Assembly: GCA_951406725.2 (NCBI GenBank)
Contig: OX597820.1
Span: 16,244,001 to 16,308,000 of the forward strand
DNA: 64,000 bases
Reading direction: 5' to 3'
Source of the DNA: Octopus vulgaris
Taxonomy: Eukaryota
Shown here: one piece after another, positions 39,860 to 52,321 of the stretch
How the letters are laid out: each line of letters starts with the position of its first letter
Position numbering within the stretch: position 1 is the first letter of the stretch
The notes under the pieces: generated by a model
Seen by the model: only the letters and a program-made list of their open reading frames with translations
The model's database searches: none
Told to the model about the DNA's origin: nothing
Program-made: the position numbers and the translations under genes

Positions 39860-40432
39860 ATGTATGTATGTATGAATATGTGTGTGTATGCGTGTGCGTT
39901 TGTCTTTATAAGTATATATACATGCGTGTTATATGTGTGTTGTGTTTATAGTTTTATCACACTAATATCCTAAAGGGCTTGTTTGCTCTCGTGAAAAAAA
40001 TGAGGTTAACTGTCTGACACGTGTTTGCCTGCAAAAAACTCCAGATTTCGTGTTTTTTTTTTTTTTTTTCAGTCACCCTTAAAACTTCGAGCCCTACCCA
40101 GTGGATTTCGTTTGGGTGAGGTTGGAAATGACAAATACAAAGGCGTATATATTTGAATCTAAGTTGGTCACATAGAGGAAGTTTCGTCGCTTGAAACATT
40201 TTATATTCTAACATTCACCTCTCTTTTGATCCCTCTCTTTCTCTGTATATACATACATGCACTAGCGTAACTGGGGATGGGTGTAGGGGCAGTCCACCCC
40301 GGGCGGCACTTTTAAAGGGGCGGCACACACTCTGGCTACACTTGTGCTTACGTGCATACATGTGTGTGTGTGAGTGTGGTATATATATATACATATACAT
40401 ACATATATATACATATATATATATATACACAC

Positions 40433-40475
<43 letters not shown>

Positions 40476-40628
40476 CATACATATATATACATATATATAT
40501 ATACACACATATATATATAGAGAAGAAAGTGGAATCAAGATGGAGTACGTTTGGACATATATTTATTATTCGCTACAATTGTTTCGACGCAACTTAGTTC
40601 TCAAAGAATACATGTATCTGATCATGCA

Positions 40629-40732
40629 GTTCTTTGCATAATGAGATCTAGTCGTGTTTCCTCACGCGATGTACGAGTATTATCTCCGTTAGTTTAAAAT
40701 CGTCGGCTTCAATACATACATACATACATACA

Positions 40733-40796
<64 letters not shown>

Positions 40797-40908
40797 TGTG
40801 TGTGTGTGTGTATGTATGTATGTAATGAAGCCGACGATTTTAAACTAACGGAGACAATACTCGTACATCGCGTGAGGAAACACGACTAGATCTCATTATG
40901 CAAAGAAC
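40629..40908. repeat. Fold-back with ~90 bp near-perfect arms around a (TACA)n to (TGTA)n switch
   Basis: gttctttgcataatgagatctagtcgtg... / ...cacgactagatctcattatgcaaagaac. Confidence 0.9.
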
Positions 40909-41183
40909 ATGTATAAAGTGACAACGGCGCGTCACATGTGAATCGTTGGCGATTTTTTTCCTCCGTCTTCTTTTTCTATTGGACTTTCCTCTGTCTCCTG
41001 TTTCCGAAGAAGAGCTTTGCTCGAAACGTAAAACCAAATTTCTCTCTTCCCTTGAGCGTCTGCCAATACTTTACATGTACCACGTCCTCGCGTTGTTGTT
41101 TTTTTGTTTTCTTCTTTATTTACTATATATATATTTTTCTTCATTTTGAGACCTTTTAACTGTAACGAAAATAATTATTTAGA

Positions 41184-41255
<72 letters not shown>

Positions 41256-41304
41256 AGTAAATATATATGTATATAGTAAATACATATATATATATATATA
41301 TATA

Positions 41305-42502
41305 TACAGGCTGCGTAAGGCATTTGAGAACATACCTTTTGGGCTCATTGCTGCACTTTTTTGCTAACTCTGTATAATCTTTGTTTCAGAAAATGATAAT
41401 GGTAGACCCTTAACTTATTCACGAAATGAAGAGGAATGTTGTTATTGTGGTTATAAAGTCTGAGCATAGCGATTTAGAAATATTTCGATTTTTAAAACTT
41501 TCCAGATCTTTCGTCTACAAACTTTGTAAGGAGTTAGAGACTGAAGATGGAAACGTATCCCTAGTATCAAAGCATAAAAAGCATTCTAAACACTCTGAAA
41601 TCATCAGAACACCTGAATTTATCCAACAAGTTCAACAGACCATTGATTACAATCCCAGAAAGTCCATGAGGTCAATTGCAAAAGATCTCCATGTGTCAGA
41701 AAGAACAGTCAGAAATGTTGTCCACGGAGACATCAGATATTAGTCTTATATGATGAGGAAAGGTCAATTTGTCAGAAAAAGCAAAAGAAAATCACTACAT
41801 CAGATCTAAAAGACTCTTTAAACAAACTGAAAAATTCAGCAGAAGATTTGTTTTGGTTTTTCTCAAACGAGAAAAACTTCGCCAAAGATCAAAAAGTTTA
41901 CAGAAGAAATGACAGATGGTTAGGCGCAGACCCTTCTGAAGTTCCAAGTGTTATGCATACAAAATTTCTTGCAACTGTCATGGTTTTAGGGGTTGTCAGC
42001 AATGAAGGACATGTGATGCCTCCTTACTTCTTTCCACAAGGCCTTAGAGTTAACTCTGCCGCCTACATTGAGGTCCTGGAAATAATTGTTAAGCTCTGGA
42101 TAGACAGTGTATGCAATGGAAGGCCATATGTGTTTCAGTAAGACTCTGCACTATCACACATGGCTCTAGTAACACAGGAATGGATGGTTGAAAATTTTAC
42201 GATCACATGATCCCTAACATTTGGCCTCCTAATTCCCCAGATCTCAATCCATTGACTATTACATAGTCATAGTCAGAGTAATGTCCGAAATGAACCAGGA
42301 CCACTTGATTCCAGCATGTAGATGATTTAGATCTCATAAAGAAATAGTTGTTGAAGCTGAAGATGGCTTTATTGAATAACATTATAGAAAAGAAAGTTTA
42401 TTTTTATCTTCATTGCATTTTTTGATAAATAAAGTTATTATCAGTTATATGTCTGTTTTTTATAAACATAATTCTGTCCTCAAATATATTACGCACCCTG
42501 TG
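41305..42502 (+). mobile_element. Near full-length decayed maT/DD37D transposon
   Basis: TIRs caggctgcgtaa.../...ttacgcaccctg; HTH region RKSMRSIAKDLHVSERTVR; VMVLGVVSNEGHVMPPYFFP; WPPNSPDLNPLDY; stops and frameshifts. Confidence 0.88.
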
Positions 42503-42589
42503 TATATATACATATATGTGTGTGTGTTTATGGGTATATATATATACATATATATGGATATATATATACATATATATAGATATATATTT

Positions 42590-42643
<54 letters not shown>

Positions 42644-42679
42644 ACAATCTTACTTAGAAATGGATGCGTGCGTTCCGTC

Positions 42680-43513
42680 ATATAATAGATTAATGAATAA
42701 ATAAAACATATGCATATATACATACATATATACGTACCTACCTTTACATGTATATATACATGCCTATATGGGAACAGGACACCAAAAAAATGTCGAACAC
42801 AATGAGAAACGAAAACATAAACAGAAAACCAAGGAAATGGAGATTATTCTTAAACAACGAAAAAAATAGAGTACGGGACATACAGAACAAGGGAAATTCC
42901 CCTTCTTCAGTCGCCTTTGTTTCATCTACACCACGTTTCGAAGGTCAAGGCGATACATGACTTTAATGAAACAATCCTTCCCGCGAAAATCAAATTAAAT
43001 AAAATTTGAGATTTTTTTCCGTTCTCAAAAATAGCGTTCGTAAAAAAATTTATCTCGTTCAGCTTAACAGCCCTTCTTGTTTGTGTTACTGTTATTCTCC
43101 TTGTCCTGTCTTTTACTGTTTTTTTTTTGTACTGTCGTTACTGTCCTGCTTTTGTTACCTTTTTTACCCCTCCGCAAAAAATCTCAAATTTTATTTAATT
43201 TGATTTTCGCGGGAAGGATTGTTTCATTAAAGTCATGTATCGCCTTGACCTTCGAAACGTGAAGTAGATGAAACAAAGGCGACTGAAGAAGGGGAATTTC
43301 CCTTGTTTTGTATGTCCTGTACTCTATTTTTTCGTTGTTTAAGAAAAATGTCCATTTCCTTGGTTTTGTGTTTATGTTTTCGTTTCTCATTGTGTTCGAC
43401 GTTTTTTTGGAGTCCTGTTCCCATATATGCATGTATATATACATGTAGAGGTAGGTACGTACATATATGTATGTATATATGCATATGTTTTATTTATTCA
43501 TTAATTTATTATA
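42680..43513. repeat. Large fold-back (~335 bp arms, ~160 bp spacer) among TA microsatellites
   Basis: 42680-43017 is the reverse complement of 43176-43513 with scattered mismatches. Confidence 0.9.
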
Positions 43514-43671
43514 TATATATATATTGTTGTATTTCGTGATTGCCATGTTGCCAGTTTAGCCAGTGAAAACACACACACTATATATTTGGTGTTAATTTGC
43601 TTCAGCTTTATTTCATATTAATTGTATTTCGGGCAGAATTCTTTCGTCACACTTCTGTGACCTAATCAGTT

Positions 43672-43762
43672 GCTCCGGCATCTCATCAGTTATCGAGGCA
43701 GTCATAAAATGCATTTTAAATGCATTTTATGACTGCCTCGATAACTGACGAGATGCCGAAGC
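43672..43762. repeat. 91 bp palindrome with outward-facing CTGAYGA cores
   Basis: 45 bp arms with 2 mismatches; CTGACGA at 43745-43751 (+) and CTGATGA at 43689-43683 (-). Confidence 0.88.
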
Positions 43763-44115
43763 TGTTTTCCGCCCCGACATCCGAAACTCGGAGCCTTTTA
43801 TGGCAACCGAATAATTGTCACATATTATATATGTGTGTGTGTGTGTGTGTGCACACATCCCTAAACACGTGCGTTCGCACATACATACTCACACACACAC
43901 ACACACACACATACATATATATTTGTGGTGTCCTGTACACACGTATATATATTTATATATGCATGTATATATACATGTAGATGTAGGTATGTACATATAT
44001 GTTTGTATGTATGCATATATTTTATTTATTACACTATTGTATGACTGAGCGCCTTCGCGTCGATTCGATTCGATTCGTTTGGTTTCGTTTCGTTTCTTCT
44101 TCTTCTCTAAGCTGG

Positions 44116-44158
<43 letters not shown>

Positions 44159-44521
44159 GCATGCATGCAAATAATATGCATTTAGATTTGTAAAAATGTC
44201 TGTAGTGTCATAAGATCCAGAGCGTTCTTCATTTAAAAAGGAAACAAGTATCAATGAACACCGGCTTTACAATGTTGACGAAGGCAAACCCAGATCAAAC
44301 AAAGGATCATTATGCATTACATTCTGCTCATGTGAATTGCATCGATAGCTTCCTCTTTGTTACGCACTGATTTTGTAGTAATCGATCCTGTCGACGCTGG
44401 TTGACCGTACGCGAAATCGTGCACACGCCCTACACGCAAACTTCCGACGATCTACTGACGTTGCAACACAGACATTGCAACACGCAACCAGAAACCACCA
44501 ATAACCTTCCTACCTACCGAT

Positions 44522-44902
<381 letters not shown>

Positions 44903-45285
44903 ATATCTATATTCTTGCTTCTGTCATTTGATTGAAGCAATGCTGGAGCACGGTTTTCAAAGGGTTTTGTGTCGAAAAAATCGACCCCAGTACTTATGTG
45001 TGGTTGGTCAGTTTCTGTTGTTTTTGTTGTTGTTGTGTGTATGAGAGTGTGTATGTGCGAGTATGTGTATATATGTCTGCAAAAAAAAAATATATATATA
45101 TATATAAAACACATAGTGGCCTGATAGTTAGTATATTGCAGCAACAGTCGTGAAATGGCTATTTCGAGTCCAGGACCTGGTGGTGCCTTGTATTCTTGAG
45201 TAGAGAGAGAAATTAGCGTAAAATTACGGTAAAAAAAAGACGAGGTTAAGGAGCTACTGTGATGTTTCAAGCAGCCTCTCAAACT

Positions 45286-46004
45286 GTCAGTGCATCGCCC
45301 TTTCAACCGGTTTGATGGCAATATCGTCTCGACATCGGAGGGACTGCTGTGCGGGGAGATCTGTCTGGGTAGCGAAATTTTTTCCCACGAGAGTTCCGGA
45401 CCCCAGCAATGAACTCATTTGCATACAGCCAATCAGAACTCACCTTGACCTTGTTGTCAAGTTAACAAACACGCTCTACCAAGTAAACTAAAGACGAAGA
45501 ACGTTGTTGTAAGTCGACCGATGGCTAAATTATGCCTGATTTTAGAAGGAGACAAGTAATTAGATAGATTTGCATCTATGCCTATTATCGGATTTTGTTA
45601 GGGCCGCATATGGTAGAAATGTGGATGGGAAAATGTGGGTAGAAGGTGATGTGCTAGCAACCCTCTCCCCTTAGTGTTTTACAAAGCAAACAACACGAAT
45701 AACTACGCAGAGGCAGCCATGGTTGAAACACGAACAAGAACAACAAGAATTATTGAAAGAGAAAAGAAGTATGGCCATTGCTTACCCAAATGACCTTCTC
45801 TTATCTCCCATCACTTGTTATGCGCTCATGAATTAGTTTGATAGTTGAGCTCTGATTGGTTGTTATGCAAATGAGTTCATAACTGAGACCCGGAACTCTC
45901 GTGGGAAAAAAATTTCGCCACCCGGATTGAACTCCCCGCACAGCAGTCCCTCCGATGGCGAGACGATATTGTCATCAAACCGGTTGAAAGGGTGATGCGC
46001 TGAC
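45286..46004. mobile_element. Long-inverted-repeat element (~158 bp diverged arms, ~400 bp spacer)
   Basis: 45286-45442 versus 45846-46004. Confidence 0.75.
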
Positions 46005-46839
46005 GATCTGGCATACCAAGCTGTTTGGTACGTACGTGGAAGTAGACGCGATTCACTGCGCGATGAAGGGACTTGATTCACATGTCCAGTGTGATGGGCG
46101 GTGGCCGAGGTCAGAGAAGCTAGTTGCTAGATATACTGGTGAAGCTGCGGGATATTGTGGATTATTATAGAAATAGGATGAACAGTTTTATTTTGCACAG
46201 GAATCGTTCGACGTTGGTATGGATATAAAATACATTACTTGAAGGGCTGAAGGATATATGAAACGGAGATCGCAATTGGGTTGAGAGGGGGGAAGTTCTT
46301 GGTTTTGGGGAGTGGTGGGTCGAGAAGTAAAGCAGCAATAGTGTGCTAATGGATGAAATAGTAGTGAGAGTGATGATGGGGCAGGTGGGTACGGGCATGT
46401 TAGTATGTGATTGTGGTCGAGGTGGATGGAAGTGTGGGCGATATTGCGAGGGGGTTGAGAAGTTGGATTTTTAAGGATTTTTTAGAGCGGGAGAAGAAGT
46501 GAAATAAGAGACGATTAAGTTGGTCGTTGAAGAAGACGATGGCGTTGGTGGTTGAGTGGGCGAAGAATGAGTAACATCAATTTAATTTTAGATTTTAACA
46601 TTTAAATACATTTAAATACATTTGAATACCAAAAGAAGGAGTTGAAGGAAAGAAAGTGACTGGGTTGGAGCTTGATGGGTCGAGGCTGGAGGTTTTTAAA
46701 ATAGATGAGGGTTTGACAAAGGGTGAAACAGATGGTGGCACACATTTGTAGACGGGAAAAAATCGGGTGAGGCTGCGCTTGATGGAGGAGGAACAGGATG
46801 TGGAAAGAAGTGTAGGATGTCGAATGAAAGTAGTGAAGA

Positions 46840-47155
46840 TGCATGGCTTAGTGGTTAGGGCATTCAGCTCATGATCGTATGGTCATGAGTTCGATTCCCG
46901 GCGGCGCTTTGTGTCTTTAAACAAGACACTTTATTTCACGTTGCTCCAGTTCATTCCCCTGGCAAAAATGAGTTGTACCTGTATTTCAAAGGGCCAGCCT
47001 TTTCACATTCTGTATCCCGCTGAATCTCCCCTGAGAACTACATTAAGGGCACACATGTCCGTGGAGTACTCAGCCACTTGCACGTTAATTTCACGAGCAG
47101 GCTGTTCCGTTGATCATATCAGTTAGCAGCCTCGTCATAAAAACTGACTGAGTAC
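46840..47155 (+). mobile_element. SINE family C
   Basis: Aligns to the other family C copies. Confidence 0.85.
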
Positions 47156-47239
47156 CAGCTATTTAGTTCGAGTGGAAATGCGGACACAGACCACACGAGA
47201 TGAACTGGTGGTTGAACCAATGACTATAGACGATGGTAT

Positions 47240-48690
47240 GTTAGTTAGTTAGTTAGTTAGTTAGTTAATTTGGCTCAAAAGCAAATGGCAAGGCCATGTA
47301 GGGGGTCATGGAGTTAAGTACAGGGTGGTGTTCATGTAAAGAGTTCAGGCCACTTGAGGTCCAGGGAGGCTTTGAACAAAGCGGTCGTCGGCATCTTCAC
47401 CATCTCGTCTGGCAGCTTGTTCCACGGATCCGCAACCCGGACGGAGAAAGCTCCTCTCCTTCGATTGAGATGAAATCGTCGCAGGTAGAGCTTTTCGGAA
47501 TGACCCCGCAGCCGACGCTCTGGAGCAGGAGTGAAGAACAGCTCTTTCGAGAGGTTACACTTTCCGCTTATGATGTTGTGGGCGAGAATGAGATCCCCAC
47601 GGCGGCGGCGTTTTTCAAGAGAATAAAGGTCGAGCGTCCTCAGCCTTTCTTCGTAGGACAAATTTTTGAGACCATGAACCATGCGGGTAGCCAGCTTCTG
47701 GACTCTTTCGAGATGCTGTATGTCTTTGAGGAGATAAGGAGAAGAGGCTTGAATCCCATACTCCAATATGGGTCTCACCAGTGTGACATAGAGTGGTAGG
47801 AATATGGCTGCTGTGAGCATTCCGAATGACCGTCGAATCAAGAACAGAATTCCGCGTGCTTTGTTGGCAGCATGGACGCACTGGGCTGAAGGCGAAAAGG
47901 AGGAATCCACCAAGATACCCAGGTCCTTTACCTGATCGGTCCTCTCCAGCAGCAGACGACCCGGCTCGAAATCAAGTTGAGTTGCAGGAGTAGAGCCGAC
48001 AGGCAGATGACAGCACTTTGACACGTTCAGACACAGGTCCCAATCGTTAGACCACTTCCAAATTTGGTGGAGGCATCGACGAAGATCCTCTATATTACCG
48101 CGAGGAGCGACCAGTTTGATATCGTCGGCAAATAGAAGGGTGTGTTGCGTGAGGTCGTCGGGCAAGTCATTTATGAAGACTAAGAACAACAAGGGCCCAA
48201 GCACTGAACCTTGAGGCACGCCACTGCTCGCACTGGAGACGTCGGACCGCGAACCATTAACTTGGACTTGGAAGGAGCGATCTGAGAGGAAGGCACCAAC
48301 CCATCGTACAATATCCGGATGGAAACTATATGCTTGAAGCTTGACAAGTAATAGGCGGTGGTTTACCGAGTCAAAAGCTTTGGCAAAGTCCAATAAAACG
48401 ATGTCAACAGCATCACTATCACCGAGGATGCGCGTCACCAATTCTTCCATTACTAGTAAGTTGGTCAAGCATGATCTCTTCGGCACGAAGCCGTGTTGGG
48501 AATCAGAGATAGAGGCTGTGTTTAGGAGGTGGAGCATCATACTTTTCTTAAGGATGGTTTCGAACATCTTGCTGATTATTGATGTAAGGGAAACCGGTCG
48601 GTAGTTAAGCGGGTCTTCGCGGCTCCCTTTCTTGAAAATTGGGCAGATTATCGCTGTTCTCCAGTCTGCAGGTATAACACCCGTCGCCAG
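47240..48690 (-). mobile_element. 5'-truncated CR1-clade LINE with an uninterrupted ORF2 portion and (AACT)n tail
   Basis: IPADWRTAIICPIFKKG, LDFAKAFDSV, SGVPQGSVLGP, FADD, RRRRGDLI, RLRGHSEKL; stop at 47332. Confidence 0.93.
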
Positions 48691-48927
48691 TCGGAGTAGC
48701 AACAAGTTTTGATACATGTAAAGGCAATTTGGTGAAAGGGGTGAGGAATTATTTAAGACAAAACTGTAAGTCACGAAAATAAACACTAAGCTAGACATGT
48801 AAAATATAAAACCATTCAACGTCTTAACACTCCCAGATTTCTGATAGAGTTACAGTTAATTTCGTAAATTGCAAAACAAAACAGGGCCATGATTAATAGC
48901 TCTAAAAATGTGTAATTAAATATCAAT

Positions 48928-49078
48928 TCAAAATACAAGAGCAACTACAACGTCAACTCAAAATAAGAAAGCAACTACAATGTCACCTCAAAATAAGGGG
49001 GCAACTGCCATTTCACCTCAAAATGAGAAGACAACTTCATTGTCACCTCAAAATGAGAAAGCAACTAAAATATTACCC
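48928..49078. repeat. 30 bp minisatellite, 5 diverged units
   Basis: Unit approx. tcaaaat(a/g)agaaagcaactacaatgtcacc. Confidence 0.85.
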
Positions 49079-49301
49079 CTAGGAGTCACAAAATGATCAC
49101 CAGGGAGCATGAAAATATGGGATTGGCAAGTCTCAGCGTAGTCTCCTGACTTTCTAAATATGGCGGATATATCTCCTTCAAATCACACTTTGCTATCTTC
49201 GTTAAAAGGTTATATAAGACTATCAGGTCCCTGATACAGAAAACGCCAGCGAGTTGATCGCAACTGGGCTGATATATATATATGCGTGTGTGTGTGTGTA
49301 A

Positions 49302-49384
<83 letters not shown>

Positions 49385-49410
49385 TATGCATATACACACA
49401 TGCATACATG

Positions 49411-49949
49411 GTGGGTGGCTGCCCCCTCGTTATCGAGTATGGCCATTGCACGAAGCTTAATCAATGTTGTTATCGTGCAATGCCTGTGCAAGAAGTTTTT
49501 GTTTAAGTGAGGAAAGGCTGTGCACTGAGTCAATCCCACTCACTAAGCAACAACAGCCATAATCCGAAAAGAAGAACAAGTCAACATCATCGGTAACCAC
49601 TGAGCCGCAGGTTTTATGTCGGAGTCATCCCAGTTACCTGAGTTATCTTCTCCTAGAAGGATGCCCTAACAAAGGCTATGAGTCCTTCACTCACAATGGT
49701 TTAACCGTGCGATCGGGTATTCAGTCCGATTATTTCTATGTCCCCGCGCATGATACAGCCTTGGATGGCCGTTGACTCTCAAGAATTCCTCCGCCCTTTG
49801 ACGGGTTTTGTTTTTCATCCCGCAGGGTGTCCAATAAACAACCTCCTCACCAAGCAAGCTTGGTGGGGTTGCCAGTTTAGTCGCCGACGACCCGACCATG
49901 CAACAGGTTGTGCTGGGTTACATGTTACCAGTAGCATTCGAAAGTGACC
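49411..49949 (-). mobile_element. Second copy of the 540 bp RTE-derived non-coding element
   Basis: Reverse complement of 20876-21417; flanked by (CATA)n. Confidence 0.8.
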
Positions 49950-50099
49950 TGACATACATACATACATAACATACATACATACATACATACATACATACAT
50001 ACATACATAACATACATACATACATACATACATACATACATACATACATACATACATACATACATACATACATACATACATACATACATACAATAGCAG

Positions 50100-50770
50100 T
50101 AGGCATCCGTCGGTCTCGAGAGGCCATGGATCTGCGCCCAAAGAAATCGTGTCAGCTGCTGATGGTGGTGCAGAGTGTGTTATGGCTGTAGAGGCCCACG
50201 CGGGAGTGGCAGTCACGAATACAGCGACAGCATTTGAAGAAGCTCTCTGCCGGTGCTGATGATTTTTTCTTCCGTTGAGTGCGCTTTTCTTTGATGGCGG
50301 GTTCCTGTTTTCCTTCCGCTCTCATCATTCCCTTTCTCAGTATTTGCCTCCAGTATGGGCGATCACTCGCAATCTCCTCCCATCTAAGAACGTCCAGATC
50401 AAGCGACTTCATCATCTCTCTTACAGACAACTTTGAAACGAAGATGAAGTCGTCCTCGTGCTCTTGGGCCGGTAGCCAATTCCCCATACAGGAGGTCTTT
50501 TGGGATCCTTCCGTCTGGCATACGATGAACATGACCGAGCCAGCGCAAACGACGCTGCTGGAGCAAGATGCGTATGCTGGACATCTTGGCTCGGTTGAGG
50601 ACTTCGGTGTTGGTGATGTGGTCGGTCCACTTGATATCCAAGATGCGTTTCAAATTACGAAAGTGAAAGACCTTGAGACGCCGCTCTTATCTAGAGGAGA
50701 GGTCCACATCTCACTGCCATAAAGTAGCGTACTACGGACGCACGCCTTATAGACATCAATTTTAGTGTTT
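50100..50770 (-). pseudogene. RTE-clade LINE 3' fragment
   Basis: QQRRLRWLGHVHRMPDGRIPKDLLYGEL; CIRDCHSRVGLYSH; 3' end gagaccgacggatgcc. Confidence 0.9.
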
Positions 50771-50799
50771 GCAGCCACACACACACGCACACACACATA

Positions 50800-51980
50800 T
50801 TAAAGTTAGATAAGACCGGTTTATGGGATTACCTTAGGTTTCACGTCCATAAAGGGCTTGGCTTTATGGCGTTCATCAAATCCCAAAACTTGTTTGCTAA
50901 AGGCCTCTCTAGCGAGTGGCTTCTCTAGAATATGGAGGAGGAAAGGACCCTGTTACTCAATGTCAACAAAGGGGATTTCTCTCTTTGGCTATAGATCACC
51001 GATGTCAACTAAGGGGATTCCATCCCTTTGGCTATCGATTGACGGTGACCTTGTGAGTCCCAATAGGCAAGCATAAATTTCCTGAAATGTAAGCACGGGC
51101 CGAAGACCTCCGTTCTGGAGTTCAAGGTGTTCCTTGGGTTGAGGGCGTCCTTTAAGATCCTCTACCGTTCCGCTATGGATAATTTACAGCGATTGGCCCC
51201 GTTATTGTAGGAGCCTGGATTTTCTAGGATTCTCCATGATATTGTGTATGGAATTCCGTCGTCTATAAACTGCCATACATAGCTGGCTAATGATGTGATG
51301 AATCTCTTTTCTGGTATCTCGAAGGAGGATCTGTTATTGGAGGGGCGTTGTTTGAACAAGTTCCCGGAAGAGTCGATGTATCTCCGTGCTCCGGTGCTGA
51401 TGGTGGTGTGTCTTCCACCGCTGTTGCTGGAACTGGCGCTGCTTGAGTTGGCATCTTTGGAGATGGCGATGGTGTTGGTGCCGCCACTGCCGGTATTGGT
51501 AAAGGTGCTGCGTTGTTATTATGAGTATCGCCATTGATGGAGGCTCTCTCATTGCTGTTGTAGATGTCATTGGCGATGTCTCTGTTGTTATTTCTGTTAA
51601 GGATACTGCCGTTGCTGTTATTGTTGTTATCGCTGGCGATGGTACTGCCGCTACAGCTGCTGCTGTAGCTATAGCCCTTAGAGTAGCTGCTGCTGATGAT
51701 GCTGTTGTCGTTATGGGTACTGCAATTGCTGTCGTTGATGTTGTCGCTGGCGATGGTGTTGTTGGTTCTGTTCGCGTTTCTGCTGCTGCTGCTACCATTG
51801 ATACAGACGTCCCTGCTTATCTGGTCACCGTTAGGGGAGCTGATGCTGCTGCTACTAGGGTTGGCTAGTACCTCGGCTTCATAGACGACTCCCTTGGTTT
51901 CGCAGTGGCCCGTCACTTGGCATCTGTCGCGGTCCCTGCTTGAACATCTCGATCTTGACTCACGATCCGAAATTTTTTGT
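50800..51980 (-). pseudogene. 3' end of a Penelope-like element: Cys-rich linker, GIY-YIG endonuclease, 3' UTR with HHR
   Basis: CQVTGHCETKGVVYEAEV ... RYIDSSGNLFKQR...TSLASYVW...ISWRIL...Y.NGANRCKL..AE, then TLNSRTEVFGPCLHFRKFML. Confidence 0.75.
50824..50885 (-). ncRNA. Type I hammerhead ribozyme (C3>U) downstream of the PLE ORF
   Basis: tgggat-TTGATGA-acgccataaag/ctttatggacgt-GAAA-cctaag-GTA-atccca. Confidence 0.75.
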
Positions 51981-52321
51981 AGTTGCAAACATATGTAAAA
52001 ATTTCTTTTAAAAAATTGGAAGATACCACCCGACCCCGATTAACTGATCAACAATTGATTTACTTATATATTTATATATTTTTTCGTTGGCGTATCATCT
52101 CATATTCATATTTTTATTACTTTTTATTTTATTATATTTCAAATATTTTATATTTCGATATATATATCTTAATATTATTATTATATGTATATATTTTTAT
52201 ATTCTCTTTTTATTTACATTTTCTTTATATGTATAATATTGTGAATCATATTTGCTCATATCCTCCTTTTAAAAAAAAAACATTTCTCCTTATATTTTAC
52301 GTTTTGCATATTATTTGTACA

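Noticed and set aside
48928-49078. Regularly spaced ~30 bp repeats resembling a CRISPR array or a repeat-protein exon
   Set aside because: Units are contiguous and similar along their whole length, with no unique spacers or cas genes. The open frame is bounded by stops at 48917 and ~49094.
51396-51871. Spliceosomal intron explaining the insert in the GIY-YIG domain
   Set aside because: The possible donor GAG|GTACTA is phase 0, but the nearest CAG acceptor gives the wrong phase and has no pyrimidine tract.
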